Assembly (NCBI GenBank): GCA_015064945.1
Contig: SVRF01000005.1
Span: 4,428 to 68,427, forward strand
Source: Oscillospiraceae bacterium
GTDB taxonomy: Bacteria > Bacillota > Clostridia > Oscillospirales > CAG-382
Direction of reading: 5' to 3'
Length of the DNA: 64,000 nt
Within the stretch, counting starts at the first letter, position 1. Each line of letters starts with the position of its first letter. Shown one piece after another: positions 25,722 to 34,441 of this stretch. Both the position numbers and the translations under genes were made by a program. The notes below the pieces were generated by a model. The model was not told where the DNA came from. It worked only from the letters and a program-made list of their open reading frames with translations, and made no database searches.

Positions 25722-28622
25722 TTAATTTCCGCTTGTAAGGCGTTTTCTTATAATAACATAGTCGGTGGTGGTAATACTGCCGCTGTTGTCCATATCGCCT
25801 GCGCAGCTGTAGGCGCCGCTCAAAGCGTTCCTCTGCGAAACGTCCTTACGTACACAAAGCAGGTCTGCGGTATTAACAACGCCGTCGCCGTTAACGTCAC
25901 CCACATAATAGAGCTGATAACTTTCACCCGTTGCTTTAACGGTTACGGTTGCGCCGGTCGTGTTACCGGTTACGCTTACCCTATTATCCAAGAAGAGGTT
26001 GGCGATCGCATCGACGCTCATGCCCGCATCAGGAAGAGAAACATAGCCTTCTGCCTTAAATACGGAACCGGAGCCCGGTGCAACAACACCGAACTCGGGT
26101 GCGGCGTAGCTTACGCTTTCACTTGCCGCCGAGCCAAAGCTTATCCTTGCGCCGGGATAAACCGTCTGTGTTGCCACATCGATGCCCGTAAGATAAACAA
26201 TGTCGCCGGCTTTTGCTGCCATTGCGCTTGCATTGCCGCTGTATGCCGCACCGTGAAGACCTATAACAATGCCGTTTGCGGGAGCGGTGCAGGTATAAGT
26301 ACTGTCACCGTTGGCTGAGTAGGTGGAAGCAACCACGTATCTGCCGTTTGCAGAGTCGTAATTACAAATGATGGTGCGCGCCCAGGTAAGGTTTGCGTTG
26401 GTAGAAGTAAGCGTGCCCAAGCTTGGGGTAAAGATAACTGCGTTATCCGTATTGATACGGGTGTTAAAGGACGTGAAATTACTGCTGTCCTTGCCGCCTT
26501 CGCCGTAAACGCTTACCTCACCCACAAACAGGTGAGAGCTTGTGAAGAATATGCGGAATATTATATATCTGTCGGTTGCAACGGCTGTGAAAACAGACTC
26601 GTAAGGTATGACCTGATATGCATCAGTCTGTGCACTTACTATGGTAGGTGCAAGAGATGAGTGATAGTAATAGGAACTGCCGTCCTCCCCCGCGTATACC
26701 TCTATCGACTTAGGTGCACTGATGCCCCAAGGGGTATAATGGCAAACAGAAACGCCGAAGCCCGTTATGTTTTTAACTGCGCCTAAGTCCACCTTTATAT
26801 CAGTATAGCTGCCCTTGCCCTCTATATAGCCGTGGGCAGAATTAACGTGATATCCCGTCCAGGGCGCAGAAGTAGCCGTGGCGCCGAAAAGCACCCCGTC
26901 AGTCATCTCGCAAATACCCGTATCAGGATATGCGGTATTAGCATCGTGGGTATCGTAAGCTCCACCCAAAGAAATCCTGTCGCCTTTGGTGCTTGTATCG
27001 GCAATAAGTGCGTTTATCTCGGCTGCAAATTGCATTTTTTGTGCTTCTGTATAAGCAGAAGAGTTAACCATGCGTTTCCCTTCTACATAAGCATAGTCTA
27101 TTCTGTCAAGTGCCAGATCACTGTAAAGAGTGGTGTTTACGGAAGCCGCCGCACTTAGTGCACTTTGAAGCATAGCCTTGCCGCTTCCAAGCTCTCTAAG
27201 CTCCATTATAGCACGCTTGTGGTCACCCATAACGCTGGTGCTTCTGTTATAAATCGCCTTGGCCTCTGTCAAAGCCGCCTGCAAAGCCGCACTGCTGTTA
27301 ACGGCAAGTACGCCCTCCGCCTCGGTAATTTTTGTCTGCAGAGCAGATTTTACCGTCGATTTGGTAGCGCTTGAACGGCTGACTATAAGGATACAGTCCG
27401 CTATTGCTCTGGTACTGGACTGAACATATCCCGCACTGCCGCTGCCCGTGTTGGAAACATACATTGCACTGGAGCCGCCGCCGTCCATACGGATGACGTT
27501 TACACACCCCATCTGCTCCATTGCGTCTGCCACGTCTCTGAGAGTAAGAGAGCCGCCGCTGCCGGTAGAGCCGCCCTCACTTGTGAAGAATACATAGCTA
27601 CCGTCTGCCTTTTGACCGAAGGCTGTCCAACGTGCCTGAAGGGTAACGGAATGAGTACCGATAGTGGAGTCGATGCGGGTACGGTCAACGCCGTCCTTAA
27701 CCAGCCAACCTACATTGGCGATAACGGAGTTTGCTTTTTCCATAATCTCCTTGGAGGCGCTTACGGTCTCCTCTGTATTAATGGTGATGGTATCCCCTGC
27801 TTTAACACCGGAAATATAGCTTTCATAGGACGAACCGCTACGCATAAAGAGAATAAAGGTGTCTGCATACACGCCGCTTTCACCCAGAGCGCCGCCGTAA
27901 GTGTTTTTGGTAACGGAAACAACCTCGCCCACAAGAGTCTGTCCCACTGCAAGATCGGTATTATCAACCTTTTTGCAAAGAATCTCTGTACCGGGGCAAA
28001 CGGAATAGCTGTCACACTTAGTACCGCAAGAGGTATCAAAATAATAAAAACGCTCGCTCCAACTGCTTGCAGAGGCAGAGCCGCTTGTTTTGTTTATGTA
28101 ATAAATCATATCGGCATAATCCTTGCCGCCTATATTCAGGGTATATTTCAAGTTGCTGTTTACAACATTCATACTGCCGTCGGAGCCGAATGCAACAACC
28201 TCACCCGAAGCACCAAGGTGGCCTGCAACAACCTTACCGTTGGAAATGCAAACGCTGGTAAGAGTGCCGTAGGGGGTGCCCATAGAGAAGAACGAGCCGT
28301 TAATTACACCTGCCACGTTGTAGCCGTATTTGTTTGTTGCAATACTGTATTGGGTTGCAAGGGTTCCGGATGTGCCTGCATACCCCTGAAAAGACATAGG
28401 TATAAACCCGTTAGCGGGATTAAAGGTAAGAGTCGTACACGCAAGGGTGTTTCCGTTCTGTCCGCTGGTAACGTTGTACTTTGCATAAGTAACGCCCGTT
28501 TGAACAGTATGTCCTGCAGTTTTGCTCATACCGAACGCCGCAGACGTATGTATGGGACATACGGAAAGCGCCATTACAAGCACTAAAAGCACCGCCGTCA
28601 GCTTGGAAAAAAGCTTTTTCAT
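25722..28622 (-). CDS. secreted phosphodiester glycosidase (NAGPA/DUF2233-like) with F5/8-type-C-like module and dockerin
   Basis: Signal peptide. GVINGSFFSMGTPYG...RWTAFGQKADGSYVFFTSEG...VIRMDGGGSSAMYV is typical of the phosphodiester glycosidase family. Dockerin: GDVNGDGVVNTADLLCVRK...DMDNSGSITTTDYVIIRKRL. Confidence 0.75.
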   Translation of the reverse strand: MKKLFSKLTAVLLVLVMALSVCPIHTSAAFGMSKTAGHTVQTGVTYAKYNVTSGQNGNTLACTTLTFNPANGFIPMSFQGYAGTSGTLATQYSIATNKYGYNVAGVINGSFFSMGTPYGTLTSVCISNGKVVAGHLGASGEVVAFGSDGSMNVVNSNLKYTLNIGGKDYADMIYYINKTSGSASASSWSERFYYFDTSCGTKCDSYSVCPGTEILCKKVDNTDLAVGQTLVGEVVSVTKNTYGGALGESGVYADTFILFMRSGSSYESYISGVKAGDTITINTEETVSASKEIMEKANSVIANVGWLVKDGVDRTRIDSTIGTHSVTLQARWTAFGQKADGSYVFFTSEGGSTGSGGSLTLRDVADAMEQMGCVNVIRMDGGGSSAMYVSNTGSGSAGYVQSSTRAIADCILIVSRSSATKSTVKSALQTKITEAEGVLAVNSSAALQAALTEAKAIYNRSTSVMGDHKRAIMELRELGSGKAMLQSALSAAASVNTTLYSDLALDRIDYAYVEGKRMVNSSAYTEAQKMQFAAEINALIADTSTKGDRISLGGAYDTHDANTAYPDTGICEMTDGVLFGATATSAPWTGYHVNSAHGYIEGKGSYTDIKVDLGAVKNITGFGVSVCHYTPWGISAPKSIEVYAGEDGSSYYYHSSLAPTIVSAQTDAYQVIPYESVFTAVATDRYIIFRIFFTSSHLFVGEVSVYGEGGKDSSNFTSFNTRINTDNAVIFTPSLGTLTSTNANLTWARTIICNYDSANGRYVVASTYSANGDSTYTCTAPANGIVIGLHGAAYSGNASAMAAKAGDIVYLTGIDVATQTVYPGARISFGSAASESVSYAAPEFGVVAPGSGSVFKAEGYVSLPDAGMSVDAIANLFLDNRVSVTGNTTGATVTVKATGESYQLYYVGDVNGDGVVNTADLLCVRKDVSQRNALSGAYSCAGDMDNSGSITTTDYVIIRKRLTSGN

Positions 28623-28661
28623 AATCTATCCCTCCAAATAATTATACTTTATCTGTTAACC

Positions 28662-28690
28662 ATTATACAGATAAACCGCAAAGCTGTCAA
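28662..28690 (-). promoter_or_regulatory. consensus sigma-A promoter of the phosphodiester-glycosidase gene
   Basis: On the minus strand: TTGACA (28690-28685), 17 nt, TATAAT (28667-28662). The inverted repeat tatctgt..acagata (28650-28673) overlaps the -10. Confidence 0.7.
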
Positions 28691-28761
28691 TATTACAAAA
28701 CCAAGTTTGGTAAAAAACTGAGCCTTTATACTATTTTTGTGCATTTTTAGCAAAATAACTG

Positions 28762-28790
28762 TTGCTTTGCGTTGTTATTTATGATATAAT
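28762..28790 (+). promoter_or_regulatory. candidate sigma-A promoter of the 1544-aa gene
   Basis: TTGCTT, 17 nt, TATAAT, with an extended -10 (TGATATAAT). Confidence 0.6.
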
Positions 28791-28837
28791 TGCTATATAT
28801 TTTATTGCTGTACTAAAGTTAGGAAAGGAAATTTGAT

Positions 28838-31800
28838 ATGAAAAAGCTTAAAAAAACACTTGCATTGCTTCTGTCAATGCTGTTTATTCTCCCTCTCCTC
28901 CCAACCATAGGCGAATCCGTAATGGTTGATGCCGCAACAGGTCTTGAAAGCGGCACGGTTGTTTATTACGAAGACTTTAATTATGCAAACAACAGCTCTA
29001 AGGCGGCTGTGCTTTCTACCTTGGGCTGGACTTTGTCAGAGGATCTGAACGCCAACAAAACCAACTACTCCTTTGTAGACGGCAGACTTTTGTGCGACAG
29101 CTTAAGCACGGGCGCTACTGCCGACTCTTACGTTACGGTACTTGACGATGCCGATATGGGAGAAATTATTAAAAGCGACTACTCCATCAGCTATAAAATC
29201 ACCTATGTAGAAGCGGCAAACTACACCCGTTACGGCGCTTTTATCTACAATTACAACGGATATAAAAGCTACAATTCCGTACACCTGCGCATTGCCGGTT
29301 ACGGCAACAACCAGGTCAGGACATCAACTACTTGGAAGGATTATGAAGCAGCCGGATCCTATTATATGAAAGCCACGGGCACTTCCTCTGTCTCCTACAA
29401 GCTTTTCGGCGTAAATTGCCTTGAGGCAAACGCTTCCTCCAATACCGCCTACCCCTTTGTAGGCAAAGAGTTGACCGTAAGGATAGCCATTGACGCAGAC
29501 GTAGGTCCTACCGTATACGTCAACGGCACAAAGCTTTCCGTACCCACCGCCACTTATAAAGAGCTTTTCCTTTCCACAGCTCAGTACGCGGCGGCAATAG
29601 CACTTAAGAACAGCAAAGAGGTTAAGTACTATATAGACGACTTTATGGTTTACACGGGCCTTGGCGAAGTGCCCACAAGTGTTACAAAAGATAAAGTCAC
29701 CTATGTTTCTCCCATAGAAAAGGCTGATCCCAACGCAATTAAGGTTTTGTCCTTTAATACCCTTTTTGAAAACCAAAGTACAGATGTTTTCGGCAACGGC
29801 ATTACCCGTACCTACCACATGAGCAACGTTGTTTCCGGCTTGCGTCCCGACATTATCGGCACGCAAGAGCGCAACGCCACCAACAAGTCCGGCGTTACCG
29901 CCCTTCTTCAGTCCGATGGCGGCTACGGATTGGCTGACGAATACAGAACAGACACAAGCGTTGCAAACGTTGTTTCTTACGTACCCATACTGTATAACAC
30001 GAGCAGATTCAGCCTTGTGGAAAATGATGCTACCAACAACAATAACGCCCACGGCGCATTGCTGTTTGACAAGAGCTACAACATAAAGGATATGACCGCA
30101 GCTCAGATTGCCGCTTATGCAGGCACCAAGGGCTTGGCGTGGGCAGTGCTTAAGGACAAGAAGACAGGCGGCTACGTGCTTGCGCTTAACGCACACTTTG
30201 CCCTTAACACCAGCTCTTATACAGGCTACTCCGACGAAGAAGCCAAAGAAGCAAGACTTTCCAATGCGGCACAGGCATACGAAAAGATGGAGGAGATATA
30301 CGCCGTATACGGTGTTATCCCCACAGTATTTACAGGCGACTTTAATATGCGTGCATACGACCCTGCATATAAATTGCTTACGGAGTACTTTGAAAGCTCG
30401 ATATACGGAAGCACCGACTTTATTAGATACGAATATTCCATGAACAAGGTTACGGGCTACGACTTTACACGTGCTCCCAACGCACCCATAGATCATATAT
30501 TCTACACCGACCAAAGCCTTGTACCCACCAGGTATTACGTAGGCAACAAGGCACCGGAGCTTATGATAGCCTCCGACCACTTGCCCGTTATGACCACTTT
30601 CTCCTACAAAGCCGTGAACGCCCCCACTCCCTCGCACCACACCAATATATACAGCGGCACGCAATTTGTTACTTTAACGGGTGACGGACTTATATATTAC
30701 ACCACCGACGGTACAGATCCCAGAAGCTCTGCCACCAGAAAGCTTTACGGCAAAGCAATATCCGTAAACGACGATACGGTTATTAAGAGCTGTTGTAAAG
30801 TAAACGGAGTTTACAGCGATGTTAACCGTGTTACTCTGTTTTTCTCTGCTCCTATATATATAACCGAGGCGATTAAAAACACCGCCGGCACCGACCACCT
30901 TGAAGGCATTGAGATATACAACGCCTCTGACGTAGAAATAGACCTTAGCGATTTTGTGCTGTGGTCCTACAGCAACGCAACGGAATCCACCTGCCTTAAT
31001 GTGGCAAACGCAAGCGTTACCTCTCAAATGTATATGGGGAAACACGACGGAGAATATGTTCTGCCTGCAGGCGAGACGGGTTTTTGCCCCATCGTATTTT
31101 CCGACAGCTATCTTATAAAAGACAAGATTTCCGCCACGGAAAGCGCATACCTTGTTACCGTTAACGAGGATGCCACCAAGGTCACCTACCATTTGGACAG
31201 ATATGCGGCAGCAGTGGCTTATACCGGTATGGGCAACATATCGACAGACCGCATCTTCCCCATAGACCGCACCGCAAGAAGTATAGGCTATACCGACAGC
31301 GGCGTGCTTGTAAAGCGCCACGACTATTATAATGCTACAGACGGGGCGATCAATAATATTTCAAGCTCATTCAATATGGGCAACAGCAACTACACAAAGC
31401 TGTTTATCACTATAGCAACCGAGGACGAAGTTTCCAAAGCGTTTTGCGTGTGCAACCTTGACTCTACCGACGGCGGTATAACCAGCACTACGGATTCCGC
31501 AGGCACGGTTACCACAACGGTAAAAGAAGGTTCATTCAACTTCACTCCCTCCTCTGACAAGCTTATGACGACCCAAAGCTTTACCGAAAAAGGCTACACC
31601 TTAGGTTCTCTTACCACGGAGCAGGTAAGTGCATTTAATACGCTTGAAGCTGAGAGGTCTTTGGAAAACGGCATCGCTATACACAATGCGGCAGAGTTTG
31701 CGGCAATGAGTGCGGGCGGCAATTATTATCTTGCCAACGACATCAGCATAAGCTCCACCTATTCCGCCGTGTTTACAGGCACGCTTAACGGTATGGGGCA

Positions 31801-33472
31801 TACGGTTACCGCAAGCGTACCTATGTTTGAGGATATGAGCGGTACGGTTAAGAACCTTACCGTTGCAGGCAACATTACCGTAAGCGAAGGCTACAACAGC
31901 GCCGTTTCCAAGCAAGTGACGGGTAACGCACGTTTTGAAGACGTAATAATCAACGCAAACCTTGCAGGCGGCTCCTCCACAGGCGGCCTGTTGGGCTACG
32001 GCGTAAGCGGAAACTCCATTGTTGTGCTTCGCTGCATAAACAACGGCAACCACAGCGGCACAGGACAGATAGGCGGTCTCGTAGGCTATACACAAGGTAT
32101 AACCTTATCCATGGACGAATGTATAAATTACGGTAAGATCAGCTCTACCTCTTACAGCGGCGGTCTTATCTGCCGTTTCGGCAAAAACGCCGCAACCATG
32201 GCATACCGTTGCAACATCACCAACTGTATCAACTACGGGGAGGTAAGCTCAACCCGCACCCGCGCCGCAGGTATAATCAGCTATACCGTAGGTAATGTAA
32301 CCATATCCGGCTGTATAAACCACGGCTACATCCACGCAGAGGGCTCCCCTGCCGATTTTAACGCAGGCGGTATTTACGGTCAGGGCGGCTCTACATACAC
32401 CTCCGGTACGGAAACCCTTAACACCAAGAACAGCCTTGCAATCAGCGACTGCTACAATTACGGCAACGTGGAGGGTACCTTCTCTGCAGGCGGCATCGTG
32501 GGCAAGACCTCCGGCGTTGCACCTGCAAGCGGCTATATTTACAGCATCGAGCGTTGTGGTAACGAAGGCAACATAAGCGTTACTGACGGCGGCGCTACTT
32601 CTCCTACCAGAGGCGCCGGCGGTATAGCAGGGTATTTCTACGGCACCACCAACCACAGAATTTCTTCCTGCTACAACGTGGGCAACATAAGTGCTGTTTC
32701 TGACTCTACCTCCGGTCCTATGAAGGTATGCGGCATAATAGCCTACTTCAACGGCACAAAGGTGTATTTTGAGAACTGCTACAATGCAGGCAAAATAACC
32801 GCAAGCGGCACGCCGGCTGCGTACCAACTGTATTATAACAACCACGCCACAGGCGGCGACAAGAATTATATAAGGAACAACTATGCGTTAGCGGTAAGCG
32901 GCGCAGTTTACGAAAAGAACGGCACGCAGGCTTCCTCCTGTACAACTTTCACCTCCGCACAGCTTGCAGACGGCAGTCTTAAGACAAGCATAAATAAAGG
33001 AGCAGGCGAAACCGTGTATTTCCAACAGGTAGGCACGGAAACCCACCCCGTACTGCGTGAACACAACGGCTTTAAGCTTTGGGACATAGTTTTGAAGGAC
33101 AAAGCAGACTATAAGGAAACCGAAAGCTTTATCTACAGGGTAATGCCTAACACCGCCGCAAAGGACTTTGAAGACCGCTTCTTAAGCAAGGTAAGAGTAT
33201 TTGACGGCGAGACAGAGCTTAATCAAAGCGCAAGCCTTAAAACGGGACAAACGGTGTGCTCCTTTGACCGCAGTGTAGAAATGGCTGTTGCCGTTATAGG
33301 CGATATGGACGGCGACGGCGACATTACATCCACGGACTACGCTGTAATATTGAAGTGCATAGGCGGCAGAAATGCCCTGCCCGAGCTTCAAAAGGTTGCG
33401 GGTGATATTGACGACAGCGGCCACATAAGTACTGTAGACCTGCTTTGTGTAAGAAAACAACTTAAAGGGTAA
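28838..33472 (+). CDS. giant secreted protein: LamG-like N-domain, endonuclease/exonuclease/phosphatase (EEP) domain, CHB_HEX_C-like, lamin-tail domain, GLUG-type repeat array, dockerin
   Basis: EEP motifs: LSFNTL, IGTQE, LNAHF, FTGDFNM, PIDHIFY, SDHLPV. LTD: IYITEAIKN..EGIEIYNASDVEIDLSDFVL. Eight or more GG(L/I)xGY-type repeats. Dockerin: GDMDGDGDITSTDYAVILK...GDIDDSGHISTVDLLCVRKQL. Confidence 0.8.
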   Translation: MKKLKKTLALLLSMLFILPLLPTIGESVMVDAATGLESGTVVYYEDFNYANNSSKAAVLSTLGWTLSEDLNANKTNYSFVDGRLLCDSLSTGATADSYVTVLDDADMGEIIKSDYSISYKITYVEAANYTRYGAFIYNYNGYKSYNSVHLRIAGYGNNQVRTSTTWKDYEAAGSYYMKATGTSSVSYKLFGVNCLEANASSNTAYPFVGKELTVRIAIDADVGPTVYVNGTKLSVPTATYKELFLSTAQYAAAIALKNSKEVKYYIDDFMVYTGLGEVPTSVTKDKVTYVSPIEKADPNAIKVLSFNTLFENQSTDVFGNGITRTYHMSNVVSGLRPDIIGTQERNATNKSGVTALLQSDGGYGLADEYRTDTSVANVVSYVPILYNTSRFSLVENDATNNNNAHGALLFDKSYNIKDMTAAQIAAYAGTKGLAWAVLKDKKTGGYVLALNAHFALNTSSYTGYSDEEAKEARLSNAAQAYEKMEEIYAVYGVIPTVFTGDFNMRAYDPAYKLLTEYFESSIYGSTDFIRYEYSMNKVTGYDFTRAPNAPIDHIFYTDQSLVPTRYYVGNKAPELMIASDHLPVMTTFSYKAVNAPTPSHHTNIYSGTQFVTLTGDGLIYYTTDGTDPRSSATRKLYGKAISVNDDTVIKSCCKVNGVYSDVNRVTLFFSAPIYITEAIKNTAGTDHLEGIEIYNASDVEIDLSDFVLWSYSNATESTCLNVANASVTSQMYMGKHDGEYVLPAGETGFCPIVFSDSYLIKDKISATESAYLVTVNEDATKVTYHLDRYAAAVAYTGMGNISTDRIFPIDRTARSIGYTDSGVLVKRHDYYNATDGAINNISSSFNMGNSNYTKLFITIATEDEVSKAFCVCNLDSTDGGITSTTDSAGTVTTTVKEGSFNFTPSSDKLMTTQSFTEKGYTLGSLTTEQVSAFNTLEAERSLENGIAIHNAAEFAAMSAGGNYYLANDISISSTYSAVFTGTLNGMGHTVTASVPMFEDMSGTVKNLTVAGNITVSEGYNSAVSKQVTGNARFEDVIINANLAGGSSTGGLLGYGVSGNSIVVLRCINNGNHSGTGQIGGLVGYTQGITLSMDECINYGKISSTSYSGGLICRFGKNAATMAYRCNITNCINYGEVSSTRTRAAGIISYTVGNVTISGCINHGYIHAEGSPADFNAGGIYGQGGSTYTSGTETLNTKNSLAISDCYNYGNVEGTFSAGGIVGKTSGVAPASGYIYSIERCGNEGNISVTDGGATSPTRGAGGIAGYFYGTTNHRISSCYNVGNISAVSDSTSGPMKVCGIIAYFNGTKVYFENCYNAGKITASGTPAAYQLYYNNHATGGDKNYIRNNYALAVSGAVYEKNGTQASSCTTFTSAQLADGSLKTSINKGAGETVYFQQVGTETHPVLREHNGFKLWDIVLKDKADYKETESFIYRVMPNTAAKDFEDRFLSKVRVFDGETELNQSASLKTGQTVCSFDRSVEMAVAVIGDMDGDGDITSTDYAVILKCIGGRNALPELQKVAGDIDDSGHISTVDLLCVRKQLKG

Positions 33473-33490
33473 TTATCCCCGACAAGCAAA

Positions 33491-33537
33491 ATATCCTCAA
33501 GAAGTTTTACGACTTCTTGAGGACGCCGACAAAAGAA
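33491..33537. repeat. terminator-associated hairpin repeat, copy 4 (compensatory stem variant)
   Basis: atatcctcaagaagttttacgacttcttgaggacgccgacaaaagaa. The stem CCTCAAGAAG/CTTCTTGAGG keeps pairing through a double substitution. A half-motif ccccgacaagcaaa lies at 33477-33490. Confidence 0.75.
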
Positions 33538-33538
33538 C

Positions 33539-33558
33539 ACGGTGGCGTGAGCCACCGT
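33539..33558. repeat. 20-nt GC-rich hairpin, copy A
   Basis: acggtggcgtgagccaccgt, identical to 33782-33801. Confidence 0.8.
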
Positions 33559-33693
33559 CAAGCTGATGACAAACTTGTCATCAGCTTGGCAGATTGCTGA
33601 GAAAGAGCGCAGACAAGACGAACCGAGGCGAAAACTGTACATAGGTACTGTAAGCCGAGGTTCGTTTTGAACGAAAAATACAATGTAATGCAG

Positions 33694-33727
33694 AAAAGTC
33701 AGGAACTCGTCCCTGACTTTTCATCTT
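33694..33727. terminator. terminator-like hairpin in a structured intergenic region
   Basis: Stem aaaagtcagg / cctgactttt with an 8-nt loop; T-rich on the plus side, A-rich on the other. Confidence 0.55.
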
Positions 33728-33781
33728 TGTGTGTATTTATATTTTTCTTTTTTCGTGGTCTGTGCCTTTGTCAGCGGTCTG

Positions 33782-33801
33782 ACGGTGGCGTGAGCCACCG
33801 T
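33782..33801. repeat. 20-nt GC-rich hairpin, copy B
   Basis: acggtggcgtgagccaccgt followed by gttttta. Confidence 0.8.
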
Positions 33802-33814
33802 GTTTTTATATACT

Positions 33815-34426
33815 CTACAGAATCTCTTTAAGCATTGCCGCAAGCCCTTTTACAAGGCCTTTAATCTCTTTGTCCGAGGTGTTTACAAGCAGGTCATAGT
33901 TTTGGGATGCGCCCCATTTTTGGCCCGTGTAAAAGTCATAATACTTTGACCTGCCCTTATCTATCTCATTTATCCGCTGCTTCATCTCTTTTTCCGTAAT
34001 ATCCTCGCCCTCTTCTGCACGTGCCAAACAGCGCTGCAGACGGCTTGCAAGGTCCGCATACACAAAAATACGGTAGGGGCTTTGCTCACGCAGGATATAA
34101 TCGGCACAGCGGCCCACTATAACACAGTCGGACTTGTCTGCCAAGTCTTTCATAATACTGTCCTGTGCCTGATACACAGACTGCATCTGGGTAAATTGGT
34201 AATCCCCCACGTAAGCAATGCTTTTGCCTATGGTTATGGGGTATAGCTGATGGGGCTTACACTCCACCACGCTTCTTACATAGCTTTCGGAAAGCGAGGT
34301 CCTTTTGGCAATTTCCGCAACTATCTCTTTATCATAATACTCAAAGCCCAGCTCCTCCGCCAAGCGTCTGCCCAGCTCTCTGCCGCCGCTGCCGAATTGA
34401 CGTCCTATGGTGATGATTTTTTTCAT
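33815..34426 (-). CDS. cytidylate-kinase-like family protein (AAA/P-loop)
   Basis: N-terminus MKKIITIGRQFGSGGRELGRRLAEELGFEYYDKEI is typical of the Cytidylate_kin2 family. Confidence 0.75.
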   Translation of the reverse strand: MKKIITIGRQFGSGGRELGRRLAEELGFEYYDKEIVAEIAKRTSLSESYVRSVVECKPHQLYPITIGKSIAYVGDYQFTQMQSVYQAQDSIMKDLADKSDCVIVGRCADYILREQSPYRIFVYADLASRLQRCLARAEEGEDITEKEMKQRINEIDKGRSKYYDFYTGQKWGASQNYDLLVNTSDKEIKGLVKGLAAMLKEIL

Positions 34427-34441
34427 AACAAACCCTCCTTA

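Noticed and set aside
33600-33700. Similarity between 33618-33697 and 50710-50827 (GAACCGAG..GAAAA and TTCGTTnTTGAACGAAAA..ATGCAnAAAA)
   Set aside because: Only about 17-19 matched positions with indels. A match of that length is expected by chance about once in a 64-kb two-strand self-comparison, so it was not reported as a repeat family.
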